Below, piece by piece: positions 1-13,944 of a stretch of DNA of 64,000 nucleotides. The DNA is from the human T2T-CHM13v2.0 reference genome, Homo sapiens. Position 1 is the first letter of the stretch. Each line of letters begins with the position of its first letter. Location of the stretch: NCBI RefSeq assembly GCF_009914755.1, contig NC_060933.1; one strand, given 5' to 3'. Both the position numbers and the translations under genes were made by a program. Below the pieces are notes generated by a model that ran no database searches, was not told the origin of the DNA, and was given only the letters and a program-made list of their open reading frames with translations.

Positions 1-691
1 CAGTGGCACAATCACAACTCACTGGGCTCACATGAGCCCAGCCTCCATCTTCTGGGCTCAGGTGGTCTTCCCACCTCAGCCTCCCAAAGTGCTGGGATTA
101 CAGGTGTGAGCCACCACGCCCAGCGTGCTCTGTATTTTGAAGTCATGATATTATCTGTGTACATTTGAAATATAACAGCACATACATCTGATGCACATTT
201 ATTCAGACAACAGAGGCCAGCTGAGTGTTCTGCTTCTAGGGCCCCCAGGGTGGAGGTGCCCAAGTAGAAACTCCTGGACCAGAGCCTCTGCTCAAAGCCT
301 TCTTCTTCCTGTTCTAAAAACAGCACAAAAAGTAACTGCCTTACCCAACATTGTGGCAGTCACAAACAGAACTCAAATGACCTAGTTTATACCTTGTCAC
401 TGATTACCGTTCCCTGCCCCAACAAATATAGAAACTCAACAAACGTTCAAATATTCACAGGCCACTTTTGCATTCTTTCCACCATCCACAATGGTACCCA
501 AGCACATCATTCTCTTATAATTCCAGATTTCAAAGAATTCCAAGGAACCCCATCCTCACCATCTCTAGGAAGAACTCACTCCTAAGAACTCACAGAGTGC
601 CAGCCTGGACAACATGGTGAAACCCCGTCTCTACTAAAAATACAACAATTAGCTGGGCTTGGTGGCTGGAACCTATAATCTCAGCTACTCA

Positions 692-796
<105 letters not shown>

Positions 797-1544
797 TCAA
801 AAAAAAAAAAAAAAGACATTATTTATGTCTTTTAAAGGACAGAAATTCTACAAGATTGAATAATTTGGCAGGAGACATTTACATATATACACACACACAT
901 ATACATATATACTTTTATATATATAAATACACACTTTTTTATATATATACTTTTTTTAGAGACAGGCTCTCCCTCTGTTGCCCAGGCTGGAGTGTAGTGG
1001 TGCCATCATAGCTCACTGCAGCCTCAAACTCCTGAGCTCAAGCAATCCTCCTGCCTCACCCTCCTGAGTAGCTGGAACTACAAGAACATGCCACCACATT
1101 TGCCTAACTTTTTTCTGTAGAAATGAGTTCTCATATGTTGCCCAGGCTGGTCTCAAACTCCTGGCCTCAAGTGATCCTCCCACTCAGCCTCCCAAACAAA
1201 GCTTTGGGGCTACAGGCATGAGCCACTGTGTCTGGCATAGATTTCTTGTATTTCTCACCTGCATTTTCACATCTATGATCTTCAAAACACTCCTCCACTG
1301 GTACTTGGAGAGTGGCTGTGGCCCACGGATTTTGTAAGCATACGCTGTCCATTTGCAAGTTTGATAATTGCTCAGCCATTGCAATTAAGCAATGTTCTGC
1401 TTTTGCGGCACCAATAATAACTAGCTTTTAAACTTTTATTTTTCACAGCCCTTTTGTGAGAGAACATTTTCACAGATCTTTTCTGTTGTGTTGTTAGGAA
1501 TACAGTAAGAAGGAATGATATTTGGCTTCCTCAATAAAGGAATC

Positions 1545-2113
1545 TATATTAGTCAGCGTTCCCCAGAGGAACGGAACCAATAGAACACACAAGTATAGAT
1601 ATATGAGAGGGGATTTATCAGGGGAATTGGCTCCCACAATTATGGAGGCTAAAAAGTCCCAAGACAGGCCATCTGCAAGTTGGAGACCCTGAGATGCCAG
1701 TAGCGTGGCTTAGGCCAAGTCCAAAGGCCTGAGAACGAGCGAAGCCTTTGGTGTAACTTGGTGGTCCAAGGCCAAAGGCCTCCTGACCACAGACTGCTGG
1801 TGGAAGCCCTAGATTCCCAAGGCCAGTGAGCCAGGAGTTCTGATGTCCAAGGCAGCAGAAGAAAGTCTGTCCCAGATTTCAAAGAGGGATGGATTCGCCT
1901 CTGTATTTGATCTCTCCATGCCCATGGCCAATTGGCTGGTGCCTGCCAACCATGAGGGCAAATCCTCCCCACCTGGTCCACTCAGACTCACAGGCCAATC
2001 TCCTGTGGAAACCCCCACACATATACACACACACAGACACCTAAAATAAAGCTTCACTGGGTTCCCAGGTATTCCTTAATCCAGTCGAATTGATACCTGA
2101 ATTTAACTCCACA
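1545..2113 (-). mobile_element. MLT2-family (ERVL) LTR, followed by an ERVL internal 3' stub at about 2114-2270
   Basis: tatattagtcagcgttccccagaggaacggaaccaatag ... aatccagtcgaattgatacctgaatttaactccaca resembles the reverse complement of MLT2; the adjacent attccccctgcttgtc is a polypurine tract on the minus strand. Confidence 0.8.
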
Positions 2114-2376
2114 ATTCCCCCTGCTTGTCAATTGGCACCCACAGGCATCGCCTTAAACCATACTTAAGTTTCCGAATGAAGACAGTAACAAAGAAATTTT
2201 GTTATTTAGTTGCATCCATCTGATGTGACACAACATGTATCCTGCATACAACAGAAATACACAATCCCTTCCCCAGAATTCAGCTTTCAGGATTTCAACA
2301 TTTGAGATTCTACTCTTTCAGGATTATAATTTTTTGAAGTTAGATCTTTTGGGGGTTATGGCATTCAGGATAGTGT

Positions 2377-3405
2377 TGTGAAAGGAAAATTAAATCTCAG
2401 AACCCCAAACTCACAATGCCAAAGGGAGAAGTTAAGTCTGGAAACTGAGTCACACAAAAACTGCCTTCCATTCTGTTCCTCAATAGATAGCTGCAAAGAG
2501 AGAGGGCCACACATCTCCCCAGGTGGCCTCCCTCGCAAATTGCTCACAAGGAAGTTCCTTGCAGTTCCCAAAATCTTCACCCTAAAACAGAGTTCTGCTG
2601 AATTTCACCCTGATTTTATTTATTTATTTATTTATTTATTTTTGTCACCCAGGCTAGAGTGCAATGGCACAGCCTCGGCTCACTGCAACCTCCACCTCCC
2701 AGGTTCAAGAGATTATCGTGCCTCAGCCTCCCAAGTACCTTGGATTACAGGGGCACACTACCACGCCCCGCTGATTTTTGTATATTTAGTAGAGACAGGG
2801 TTTCGCCATGTTGGCCAGGCTGATCTCGAACGCCTGACCTCAAGTGATCTGCCCACCTCGGCCTCCCAAAGTGCTGGGATTACAGGCTTGAGCCACCATG
2901 CCCGCATGATGATGTAAATTAATAGCTTATCTTAAACAGGTATGGACAAAGACAGAACTAGAAATCATCCCTCTGCCCACTCCAAGACAAATGCGTGATT
3001 GCCTCCTCCTTCTCCTGTATGCTTGCTTTTATCTTATGTAAAATGCAGATTTGCTGAAAGCCAGACAAATGAATAATTGTTCCTCGACCCCTCCTTTCAC
3101 ATGTAACACGTGGATTCAGTGAGCACTAATCAAAGTCTTGCAAGAATGTAGGACTCACTCACCTTACAAGAATGTAACCACTCACTTCCTGACATACCCT
3201 CCCTCCCTTTTTTTTTCTTTCCCTCTGCCCCTCCTGCCACCCTTTCCCCTTTAAATACTGAAGTCTTCAAAATTCTCCTTGGAAAAAGCACAGGCCACAG
3301 ATCCTACTGTGATTTGTGTTTCTTTTTCCCCAAGTGCATCCTCAACCTTGGAAAAATGAACCTCTAAATAGATTGAGACCTGTCTCACACACTTTTTGGT
3401 TTACA
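2377..3405 (+). mobile_element. MER4-group ERV1 solo LTR containing an antisense Alu (about 2615-2905)
   Basis: TGTGAAAGGAAAATTAAATCTC...TTTTTGGTTTACA termini; 4-bp TSD GTGT (2373-2376 and 3743-3746). Confidence 0.8.
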
Positions 3406-3406
3406 G

Positions 3407-3735
3407 CAGGAGTCCCCAAGCCCCAGGCCGCAGACCGGTACCAGTGCACAGCCTGTTAGGAACCCAGGTGCACAGCAAAAGGTGAGCAAGCATGACCGCC
3501 TGAGCTCCGCCTCCTGTCAGATCAGTGATGGCATTAGGTTCTCATAGAAGCGCAAACCCTATTGTGAACTGCGCATTTGAGGGATGTAGGTTGCATGCTC
3601 CTTATAAGAATCCAATGCCTGATAATCTGAGGTGGAAGAGTTTCATCCCAAAACCATCCTTACCCATCCTGCATCCATGGAAAAATTGTCTTCCAAGAAA
3701 CCGGTCCCTGGTGCTAAAAAGGTTGGGGACTGCTG
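3407..3735. mobile_element. MER1B-like hAT-Charlie MITE
   Basis: CAGGAGTCCCCAA...TTGGGGACTGCTG terminal inverted repeats; perfect 8-bp TSD GTTTACAG (3399-3406 and 3736-3743). Confidence 0.88.
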
Positions 3736-4217
3736 GTTTACAGTGTCTTTCAGGACTGTGGTTGGCACTGGCCCTTTCACCATTCTGTCGGCTTCTTAAC
3801 AAAACATTTCAAAGCGTAATAATTTTTAAATTATATTTTCAACTCAGAATAGAGGTTTGGTGGCTGAAAAGAGCAAGTCCGAAATGCAAACCTGAAAGCA
3901 ATGAAAGCAGGTAAGAGGCTGAGTGGGCTCGCCTCGAGTCTGGAGTTGCGGTGTGTGTGTTAACCCTAAAACATCCCTTCGCACCCGTCAGGAGAGAAGA
4001 GACAGCCCAAGTCCAGCACCAGTCCCCAAAGCCAAGGATGTGCTGGGAAGCTTACTATGGAGATGCAGATGATCAGATCCTAGCATACTTTGACTGAGAA
4101 ACTACAAGAAAGCAGTATTCTGAAAAAGCCGCCATGCCAAAATGGAAGTCTCCTTGCAGTGCAGTTTCAGACTTAAAACTTTACCATTAAAGGTAAAGTT
4201 CATGTTGGCCGGGTTCA

Positions 4218-4514
<297 letters not shown>

Positions 4515-5024
4515 CTAACATCCACCTTGTTTCATCAAACTTGAGTAAACCTGAAATGTTAATGATTTCATCATTTTTACTGTTTTACTTATAATAACTA
4601 CACCTTTGCGAATTTTTTTTTTTTTTTGAGACAGAGTCTCGCTCTGTCGCGAGGCTGTAGTACAGTGGCACGATCTCGGCTCACTGCAACCTCCAACTCT
4701 GTGGTTCAAGTGATTCTCCTGCCTCAGCCTCCTGAGTAGCTGGGATTACAGGCACATGCCACCAGGCCCAGCTAATTTTTGTATTTTTAGTAGAGATGGG
4801 GTTTCACCATGTTGGCCAGGCTGGTCTCAATCTCCTGACCTCATGATCTGCCCACCTCAGCCTCCCAAAGTGCTGGGATTACAGGCATGAGCCACTGCGC
4901 CTGGCCTGAATTTTCAATTTCTAAAATGACTACTGATAAAATAATGTATTAATAATTCTTATCAAAAGGGCATTTGTTTTTAAGAAACACATTATTAAAT
5001 GGGGAAAAAAAGTATGGAATTGTA

Positions 5025-5327
5025 GGCCGGGCGTGGTGGCTCACGCCTGTAATCCCAGCTCTTTGGGAGGCTGAGGCGGGTGGACCACGAGGTCAGGAGA
5101 TCGAGACCATCCTGGCTAACACGGTGAAACCCCGTCTCTACTAAAAAAATACAAAAAAATTAGCCGTGGTGGCGGGCGCCTGTAGTCCCAGCTACTCAGG
5201 AGGCTGAGGCAGGAGAATGGCGTGAACTCAGGAGGCGGTGCGTGCAGTGAGCCAAGATCGCGCCACCGCACTCCAGCCTGGGCGACAGAGGGAGACTCCG
5301 TCTCAAAAAAAAAAAAAAAAAAAAAAA
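5025..5327 (+). mobile_element. AluY-like element
   Basis: GAGATCGAGACCATCCTGGCTAACACGG diagnostics; TSD aaaaaagtatg(g/c)aattgta. Confidence 0.85.
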
Positions 5328-5806
5328 GTATGCAATTGTAGACAGATGGGATCAAGCCTGTCATGGGCAAGCCCTGGAGGGTAACAGCTCACAGCGAGGC
5401 TGCCCGCCCTCACCCACTGAGGACAGCTGACCTCAGAGGGTCCACTTCTTGGTTTCCTTCATGGAATGGTTAAACGGTGAAGTGCATGTTAAAAACAAAA
5501 AACAAACCAAAAAAGCCAATATCTCATCAAGTTTACAATGACATGAGAAGACTTTGAAACTTTGCTCTCCTGTTCACAGAGGAATATGGGCTTAGCCAGG
5601 GAAAGGTGCTAGTCTAAGTTTGTGTACTAAGGGTTGACTTCTTATTTTTCGATTAGAGAGAAAAATAAGAGATGGTTTGACAAAGGGTGACTCACAAGCA
5701 TGGCTTAGATTTTTTTTTCAAGGTTAAATGTTCCCACTCAACAACTGGGTAAACTACAGGTATTTTACTAAACTTATGCTTCCAACAATGGCTAAGTGCT
5801 CTAAGG

Positions 5807-5872
5807 CAGCAGTCCCCAACCTTTTTGGCACCAGGGACCGGTTTTGTGGAAGACAATTTTTCCATGAATGGG
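5807..5872. mobile_element. MER1 terminal fragment
   Basis: CAGCAGTCCCCAACCTTTTTGGCACCAGGGACCGG, the inverse of the MER1 end at 3700-3735. Confidence 0.75.
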
Positions 5873-6237
5873 GAGGAAGTTTGGCTTGGGGCCAAACTCT
5901 AGGGGGAGGAGGGGATACTGAGCCCAGACTCCCAAAAGGCCTAAAGGGATCAAGGTCTGGGGCAACCCCTGGCTACCAGCAGAAGCAAATACAACTTGTC
6001 CCTATAGAAAAGTGTCTCAAATTCCCAATTTCAGCTCATGGGACTGATCAAAGTTAAGCAAAATGGGCCGGGTGTGGCGGCTCATGCCTGTAATCCCAGC
6101 ACTTTGGGAGGCCGAGGCAGGTGGATCACCTGAGGTCAGGAGTTTGAGACCACCCTAGCCAACATGATGAAACTCCGTCTCTACTAAAAATACAAAAATT
6201 AGCCAGGTGTGGTGGTGGGCAACTGTAATCCCAGCTA

Positions 6238-6345
<108 letters not shown>

Positions 6346-7575
6346 TCAAAAAAAAAAATTTTTTTTAAGCAAAATGCTCACAATCACAGGTCACCAAACA
6401 CAGAAGAAAGCAAACCACAATGAACATCGCCTGAAACAAAAAAACTGCATGCTTAAATTCTCAAGAGCTGCTGCCAATGCTGGGATTGTCAGATACAGAA
6501 TATGGAATAGCTGTGTGTGACACCTAAAGAAATAAAAGGCACAGTCACAAGGATCACCAGTGAGAGTATTCTAAATGAACAGATACGTTTGGGAAAAAAC
6601 TGTGGAACTTTTACAAATAAAATATAAAATTGTTAAAATCAAAAACTCCATCAACATTAAATCATTAAATCAGACACAGCTAAAGAGAGAACTAATGAAT
6701 GGAAGATAGACAGAAATGTTTTTACTGCATGTGAGTACATCATTGCAATTGAAATCAAGTTTGAGAATTGAAGAGTGTTGATCAAAGAGGTCAGGAGTTG
6801 TCTTTGTTCATTTACACAGAATGAAAAGTGTGGCAGGTGAGAGGGAATCCATCTTCCTTCACAGGAAAAATCATTTGATGAGTAATTCCCTGCTATAGGA
6901 ATTCAAGGGCCCCTTCAGTATGGGAGAAGGTACCAATGCCTGTATTGGAATGAATGCCCGCTCAGGGAGGATACTCCCAAGATTTCCAACAGTGTTGCCT
7001 CTGGGGAAGAAAACTACAGTGTGGAGGCGAGGAAGAATGGAGGGGAGTTGGTGTTCCCTATTTATTCTTTTTGTTTGTTTGTTTGTTTGAGATGGAGTCT
7101 CCTCTGTCACCCAGGCTGGAGTGCCGTGGCGCGATCTTGGCTCACTGCAACCTCCACCTCCTGGGTTCAAGCGATTCTTCTGCCTCAGACTCCTGAGTAC
7201 CTGGGACAACAGGTGTGCATCACCACACCCAGCTAATTTTTGTATTTTTAGTAGAGATGGGGTTATGCCATGTTGGCCAGGCTGGTCTCAAACTCCTGAA
7301 CTCAGGTGATCCACCTGCCTCAGCCTCCCTATTTATTCTTTTGCACCTTTTTAATGATTTCCTAGTTGCATGTATCACCTATTCATGCAAAGGGATTTTC
7401 AAGTCTTTAGAAGACTGAAATAGACACAAACTATATGGTCTCTCAACCAGAAGATATACCTAAAGAAAATTTCAAGAACGGGGCCAGGCGCGGTGGCTCA
7501 CGCCTGTAATCCCAGCACTTTGGGAGGCTGAGGTGGGCAGATCACAAGGTCAGGAGATTGAGATCATCCTGGCTA

Positions 7576-7758
<183 letters not shown>

Positions 7759-8426
7759 TCAAAAAAAAAAAAAAAGAAAGAAAGAAAATTTCAAGAACAA
7801 AAAAGCCTAACTGTTGGACAATACAACAGCCTGGACATCTCTCTTTAGAAATTTTCCTGAATATAGCAGGTATAGCACTATAGGAAAAGGCTGTCATAGT
7901 CACATAATTATTTGAGGAAGGGATCTTGAAAAACTAAGGACATGGTGACAAAGATGAAAACATATTACTGCCAGGCCTGGAGGCAGGAGCCTGTAGTCCC
8001 AGCTAATCAGGAGGCTAAGGTAGGAAGATTGCTTGAGCCCAGGAGTTTGAGTCCAGCCTGGGCAACACAGTGAGACCCCATCTCTTAAAAAACAAAAACC
8101 AAAAAATCCTCAGCATTGAACTTGAAATGTCAGCTGACTTCATTTCAGACAAACTTTCAGAAATCAATAGGCAACATCATATTTTGAAGAAGAACAGGAC
8201 ATTAGCATGACTTTCAAAAACAAGAGTTGTATGCTTGTTCCTGGTCTTTCAGGCTGGGTTTCCAGGTATCCTGGGTCCCTGACACCTCCTTTGCTGCAGG
8301 GGTACTTTCCAGAGAAAGTCAGAGAAACACAAAGGAATTCTGACAGAATAGACAGAAGGCATATCTTGATTTGACTTGTCAAGAGATACTGTTGACCAAT
8401 GCTTCTACTTATCTATGGTTTCTTAC

Positions 8427-8494
8427 CCCAAAAAACAGGAAAGAAGAAACTGTAGGATAAACACAACATTCTTCCATTGGTTGAATTCAGTAGC
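8427..8494 (-). CDS. SLC35D2: SLC35D2 exon 9, 68 nt (ATEFNQWKNVVFILQFLLSCFL(G))
   Basis: tttttaataatag|GCT...TTGGG|gtaaga; phase 0 to 2. No further exon found in 1-8426. Confidence 0.95.
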
Positions 8495-9108
8495 CTATTA
8501 TTAAAAAGAAAAAAACTAATGATTAGGTTAATAATACTGCAGTTTAAATTTACTGGTTTTACCAAACTGCATTTTGATACAGGAACCATCTTCCCAAACA
8601 GAAAACATAAAGCTAAAAATCCTAGGTCATACTAGTTGTGGGACATTGGGCAAATTTATTTTCTTCCCTGAACTTCAGATTCATTTTACAAAATCTAGCT
8701 TATTTAAAAAAAGGAAAGCCTTCCTCAAAACGTTGATATAAGGACTGAAAGAAATTGTTTAGGACTGTGCTGATGGCCAGCACAAAATCGCAAACGCTAT
8801 TATCGCTGAGGCTATCATTGATTCACTGACTTTATACACCTTTACTAATTTAATTTGTGGTCCCAAATTCAAGGTTGGGTTTATTTTTTATAAATCGTTT
8901 TAGAAGAAAGTTAATTATCTCTTTTTTTTCTTTCTTTTTTCAGACCAGGTCTTGCTCTGTCACCCAGGCTGGAGTGCAGTGGTGTGATCATGGCTCACTG
9001 CAGCCTCTACCTCCTGGGATCAATCAGTTCCTCCCACCTCAGTCTCCTGAGTAGCTGGGACTACAGGCACAGGCCACCATGCCTGGCTAATTTTTTTTTT
9101 TTCTTTAA

Positions 9109-9276
<168 letters not shown>

Positions 9277-9396
9277 TAAACTGTTCTCAGGAACTTGCAC
9301 ATGCTTAGGAAGTATTGTGAACAAATAAACTATTATTTGCTACTTATAAAGCAATCAAGTAATTGGGGTGGAGGACATGGTAGACAAAGAAGTTTA

Positions 9397-9738
<342 letters not shown>

Positions 9739-10117
9739 TTAATCCCTAGCTGAGAAAATAAAATTAACCCTCTTGAGGTGACAGGTGACAATAAGGAGTA
9801 TTTTATTCATGGTTGGCCCCTGCCTGTATCCAAAAACGATCTGAAAGTGTCTGAAGACTGCCCGTAAGTATGTGCTCAATAACATGATCGAATATAAGTT
9901 CTACTCACTTTCTATTAAGCAATACTTTGTTAGCCAAGTTTTAGAAACTCAATGTATTTAAAATGAAATCTTTTAAGTTTATAATTCAAATTTTTAAACA
10001 ATTAAGGTAGAATTCTCTTCTCCAATCTGTACCATCTTGTCACATTTCACTGTCATTGTTTCATGAGTAATGCTTTGCCCACTTCACTTCTCAAAAGGAT
10101 ACACATGACAAAAATTA

Positions 10118-10411
<294 letters not shown>

Positions 10412-10769
10412 TCACTTATGAAAGAAAAATATAATAAATATAAATCTGTCTTTCCAGCAAGCCCCAAGCTAATCAAAGGAGCAGAAAACTTCCAAAAGAA
10501 TTAAAGCCAAAAAGTTTATGCTTAAGGTAGTCAAAGACCAAAACAAAACAAAACCACAAAAATCATGGGAAACACTTAGTGTCTGAAATTAAAATAAAAT
10601 TGGGAATAAGAGAAATACTTAAGTTTTAAATTTCAAACCAAGGGTAGAAAAACATCTATTCTCTCAAAGAGCTAAAAGTATTTATGCAAACAGTAAAATA
10701 TCAATCAATCCATTAATAAGAAATAAATAAAAACTCTATATGTGTTCCTGATACTACAAAATCCATTGA

Positions 10770-11099
<330 letters not shown>

Positions 11100-12191
11100 T
11101 GAGCCATCGTGACCAGCCCCAACCTAAATTTTTATAGATTTTAGTTTTATTTCCTTAATAATGATGAGACGGTATTAGTGGCATTTTTAAAATAATGCAG
11201 CATGATTTATTTTTAAATCATAAAAAATAATGTAGCATTATTTATTTTTAAAAAGAAATAATCAAAGGTAAACAACAATAAAGCCCTTCTTCCTTTAGAC
11301 TTACTGTTGGAACGTGAGTCTTTTTCACTTTGCACTCAGGGTTTTTTAATCAGGGAAAAAAAGTCCTATTATTTATCTCTATTCATCAACTGTAATATAC
11401 TAGATGTACTTTGAACCTATTGCAGTGATTCAAATACTAAAGAAAGTTCACCCGCTGAGTATTTTCCAAGGGCCTAATTTGTTAACAAGAGAAGCTGTCA
11501 TCTCTGACTTTGTTCATCAGAGATAGAATTGAGGCACTGTTAATAGATCTATTGACTGTGTAAGTCCAAAGTCTGGGCTTGAATTCCCGGAGGAATGAGT
11601 CACACACACACATTTACCACAATCTCTGATCTTCTCCATCGCTCCTAGTCCCAGTTAACCAGGGAAAATGACTCATCAAGTTTCTTTCCATTAACAAGAG
11701 AAGTTAACATTTTGCTCTAATTCATTAATCAGCTTTCAGAACACTCAAACCAAACTTGGTAAACAAAAAGCAATTTTATATTACAGGCTAACACACCTAA
11801 TTCATTTCTTTCTCCTATTTGGTTTACAATCTAAAATGAATTCCACCACATTCAAAAGGGACCAATGGGAAGAAATTTGCCCTGATTCAGTGAATACAGA
11901 GCAATGTTAGTAGTGGAAATCTCACTGTTGTTTTTTGCTTTTTGTTTTTTATATGGGGTTGATGGCTTTTTTCTTGCAGATTACAGTGAGTGTCTCATAT
12001 ATTTTGGCATCTCGTCATACAATACTTTTAAAAACTAGTCAAACTTGGCTGGGCGCAGTGGCTCACGTCTGTAATTCTAGCATTTTGGAAGGCCGAGGCG
12101 GGCAGATCACGAGGTCAGGAGTTCGAGACCAGCCTGGCCAACATGGTGAAACCCTATCTTTACTAAAAATACAAAAATTAGCCGGGCATCA

Positions 12192-12419
<228 letters not shown>

Positions 12420-13797
12420 TTATTATGGTTATAACTATACTCTATATCTTCTAATTATAATTTTTCTTATTGGTTTTGAAAAACAAATCTATATAGTTAG
12501 CACTTTGGTCCATCTGGAATTTCAATGATTAGCAGTCACTCTGGCGGCTCGAAGGTACTTACAGACTTTCTAAAGGAACTTCTGTTTGAAATCTTTGAAG
12601 TCTGATCAAATAGAAGAGGCTAAACAGGGTAAATATTCGGATATTCCAGTACCACAAGCCAGAATAGGAGGAGGATATTCTCCTAGAGCATTAGGATTTA
12701 ATAAAGTATATGTTAGCTGAGCACAGTGGCTCACCCCTGTAATCCCAGCACTTTGGGAGGCTGAGAAAGGCAGATCACTTGAGGTCAGGAGTTTGAGACC
12801 ATCCTGGCCAACATGGTGAAACCCCGTCTCTACTAAAAATACAAAAATTAGCTGGGTGTGGTGGTGCGCTCCTGTAATGCCAGCTACTCAGGAGGCCGAG
12901 GCAGGAGAATTGCTTGAATGTGGGAGACAGAAGTTTCAGTGAGCCAAGATCATGCCACTGCACTCCAGCCTGGGTGACAGAGTGAGACGCTGTCTCAAAA
13001 ATATAAAATAAAATAAATAAAAATAAAGTATATGTTAGGTCTCTTGTACTTTCTATAAGGGAAGGATATGTTTTCACACATGAAGGAGAAAACAAACACT
13101 TTTCATATACAAATGAAGTAAATAAAGATGACAGTGGAGGATGTGTTTCTAGAGCCAGAGTGCCTGGACTGACCACCTGCTATCCTTGGGAATGTATTTA
13201 AGCACAATGCCCTAGATGCTTTGCCTATACGATAGAAATAGTAACAGGACCTTCTCTTCTGCTGTGGAAATGCAGTGAGATAGTTCATGAACAATGCTTT
13301 GAAAAATGTCTGACATAATAAGCCCTCAGCAAGTATTAGCTATTATTATTATCACATGAGAAAGCAGAAGATTCCACATGATAATCATTACAGGCAGAGG
13401 GCAACTTCTGAAAACACCATGCTACAAGTTTATAAGTCAATGACGTTGATGTAAGAACACATATTTCTTCTGAAACAATGTTATACATTATTAACATAAT
13501 ACACCTAATCTATTTTACTCATAAAGAACCTAAAATTCAGTTTCTGGTCACTATGCCTTTCATAGTGTTGTTGCCATGGGGAAATATGCTTTTAGCCCCA
13601 GTGAGATGTTTTAACAATATTTAGGAGTTTCTAGATTTATATTTTTGGAAAAAAAAAATATATATATATCTAAAATACCAGAATTTCAGAACAGATAAAC
13701 TCCGCTGATTTAAAAAAACAAAACAAAACAAAAACAAAAAAAAACCCTCGTTTCTATAATAATGAAAGGAGACAAGCCTCTAGGACCACTTCATTAA

Positions 13798-13944
<147 letters not shown>

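Larger units (their letters stand above)
853..3770. mobile_element. Ricksha-like (MULE/MuDR) composite DNA transposon relic, interrupted by later insertions
   Basis: FLYWCH-like relic at 1240-1440 (minus strand); embedded MLT2 LTR plus ERVL stub; TTCAGGA-repeat subterminal region at 2280-2376 resuming at 3747-3765. This matches the known Ricksha composition (from recall). Confidence 0.7.
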
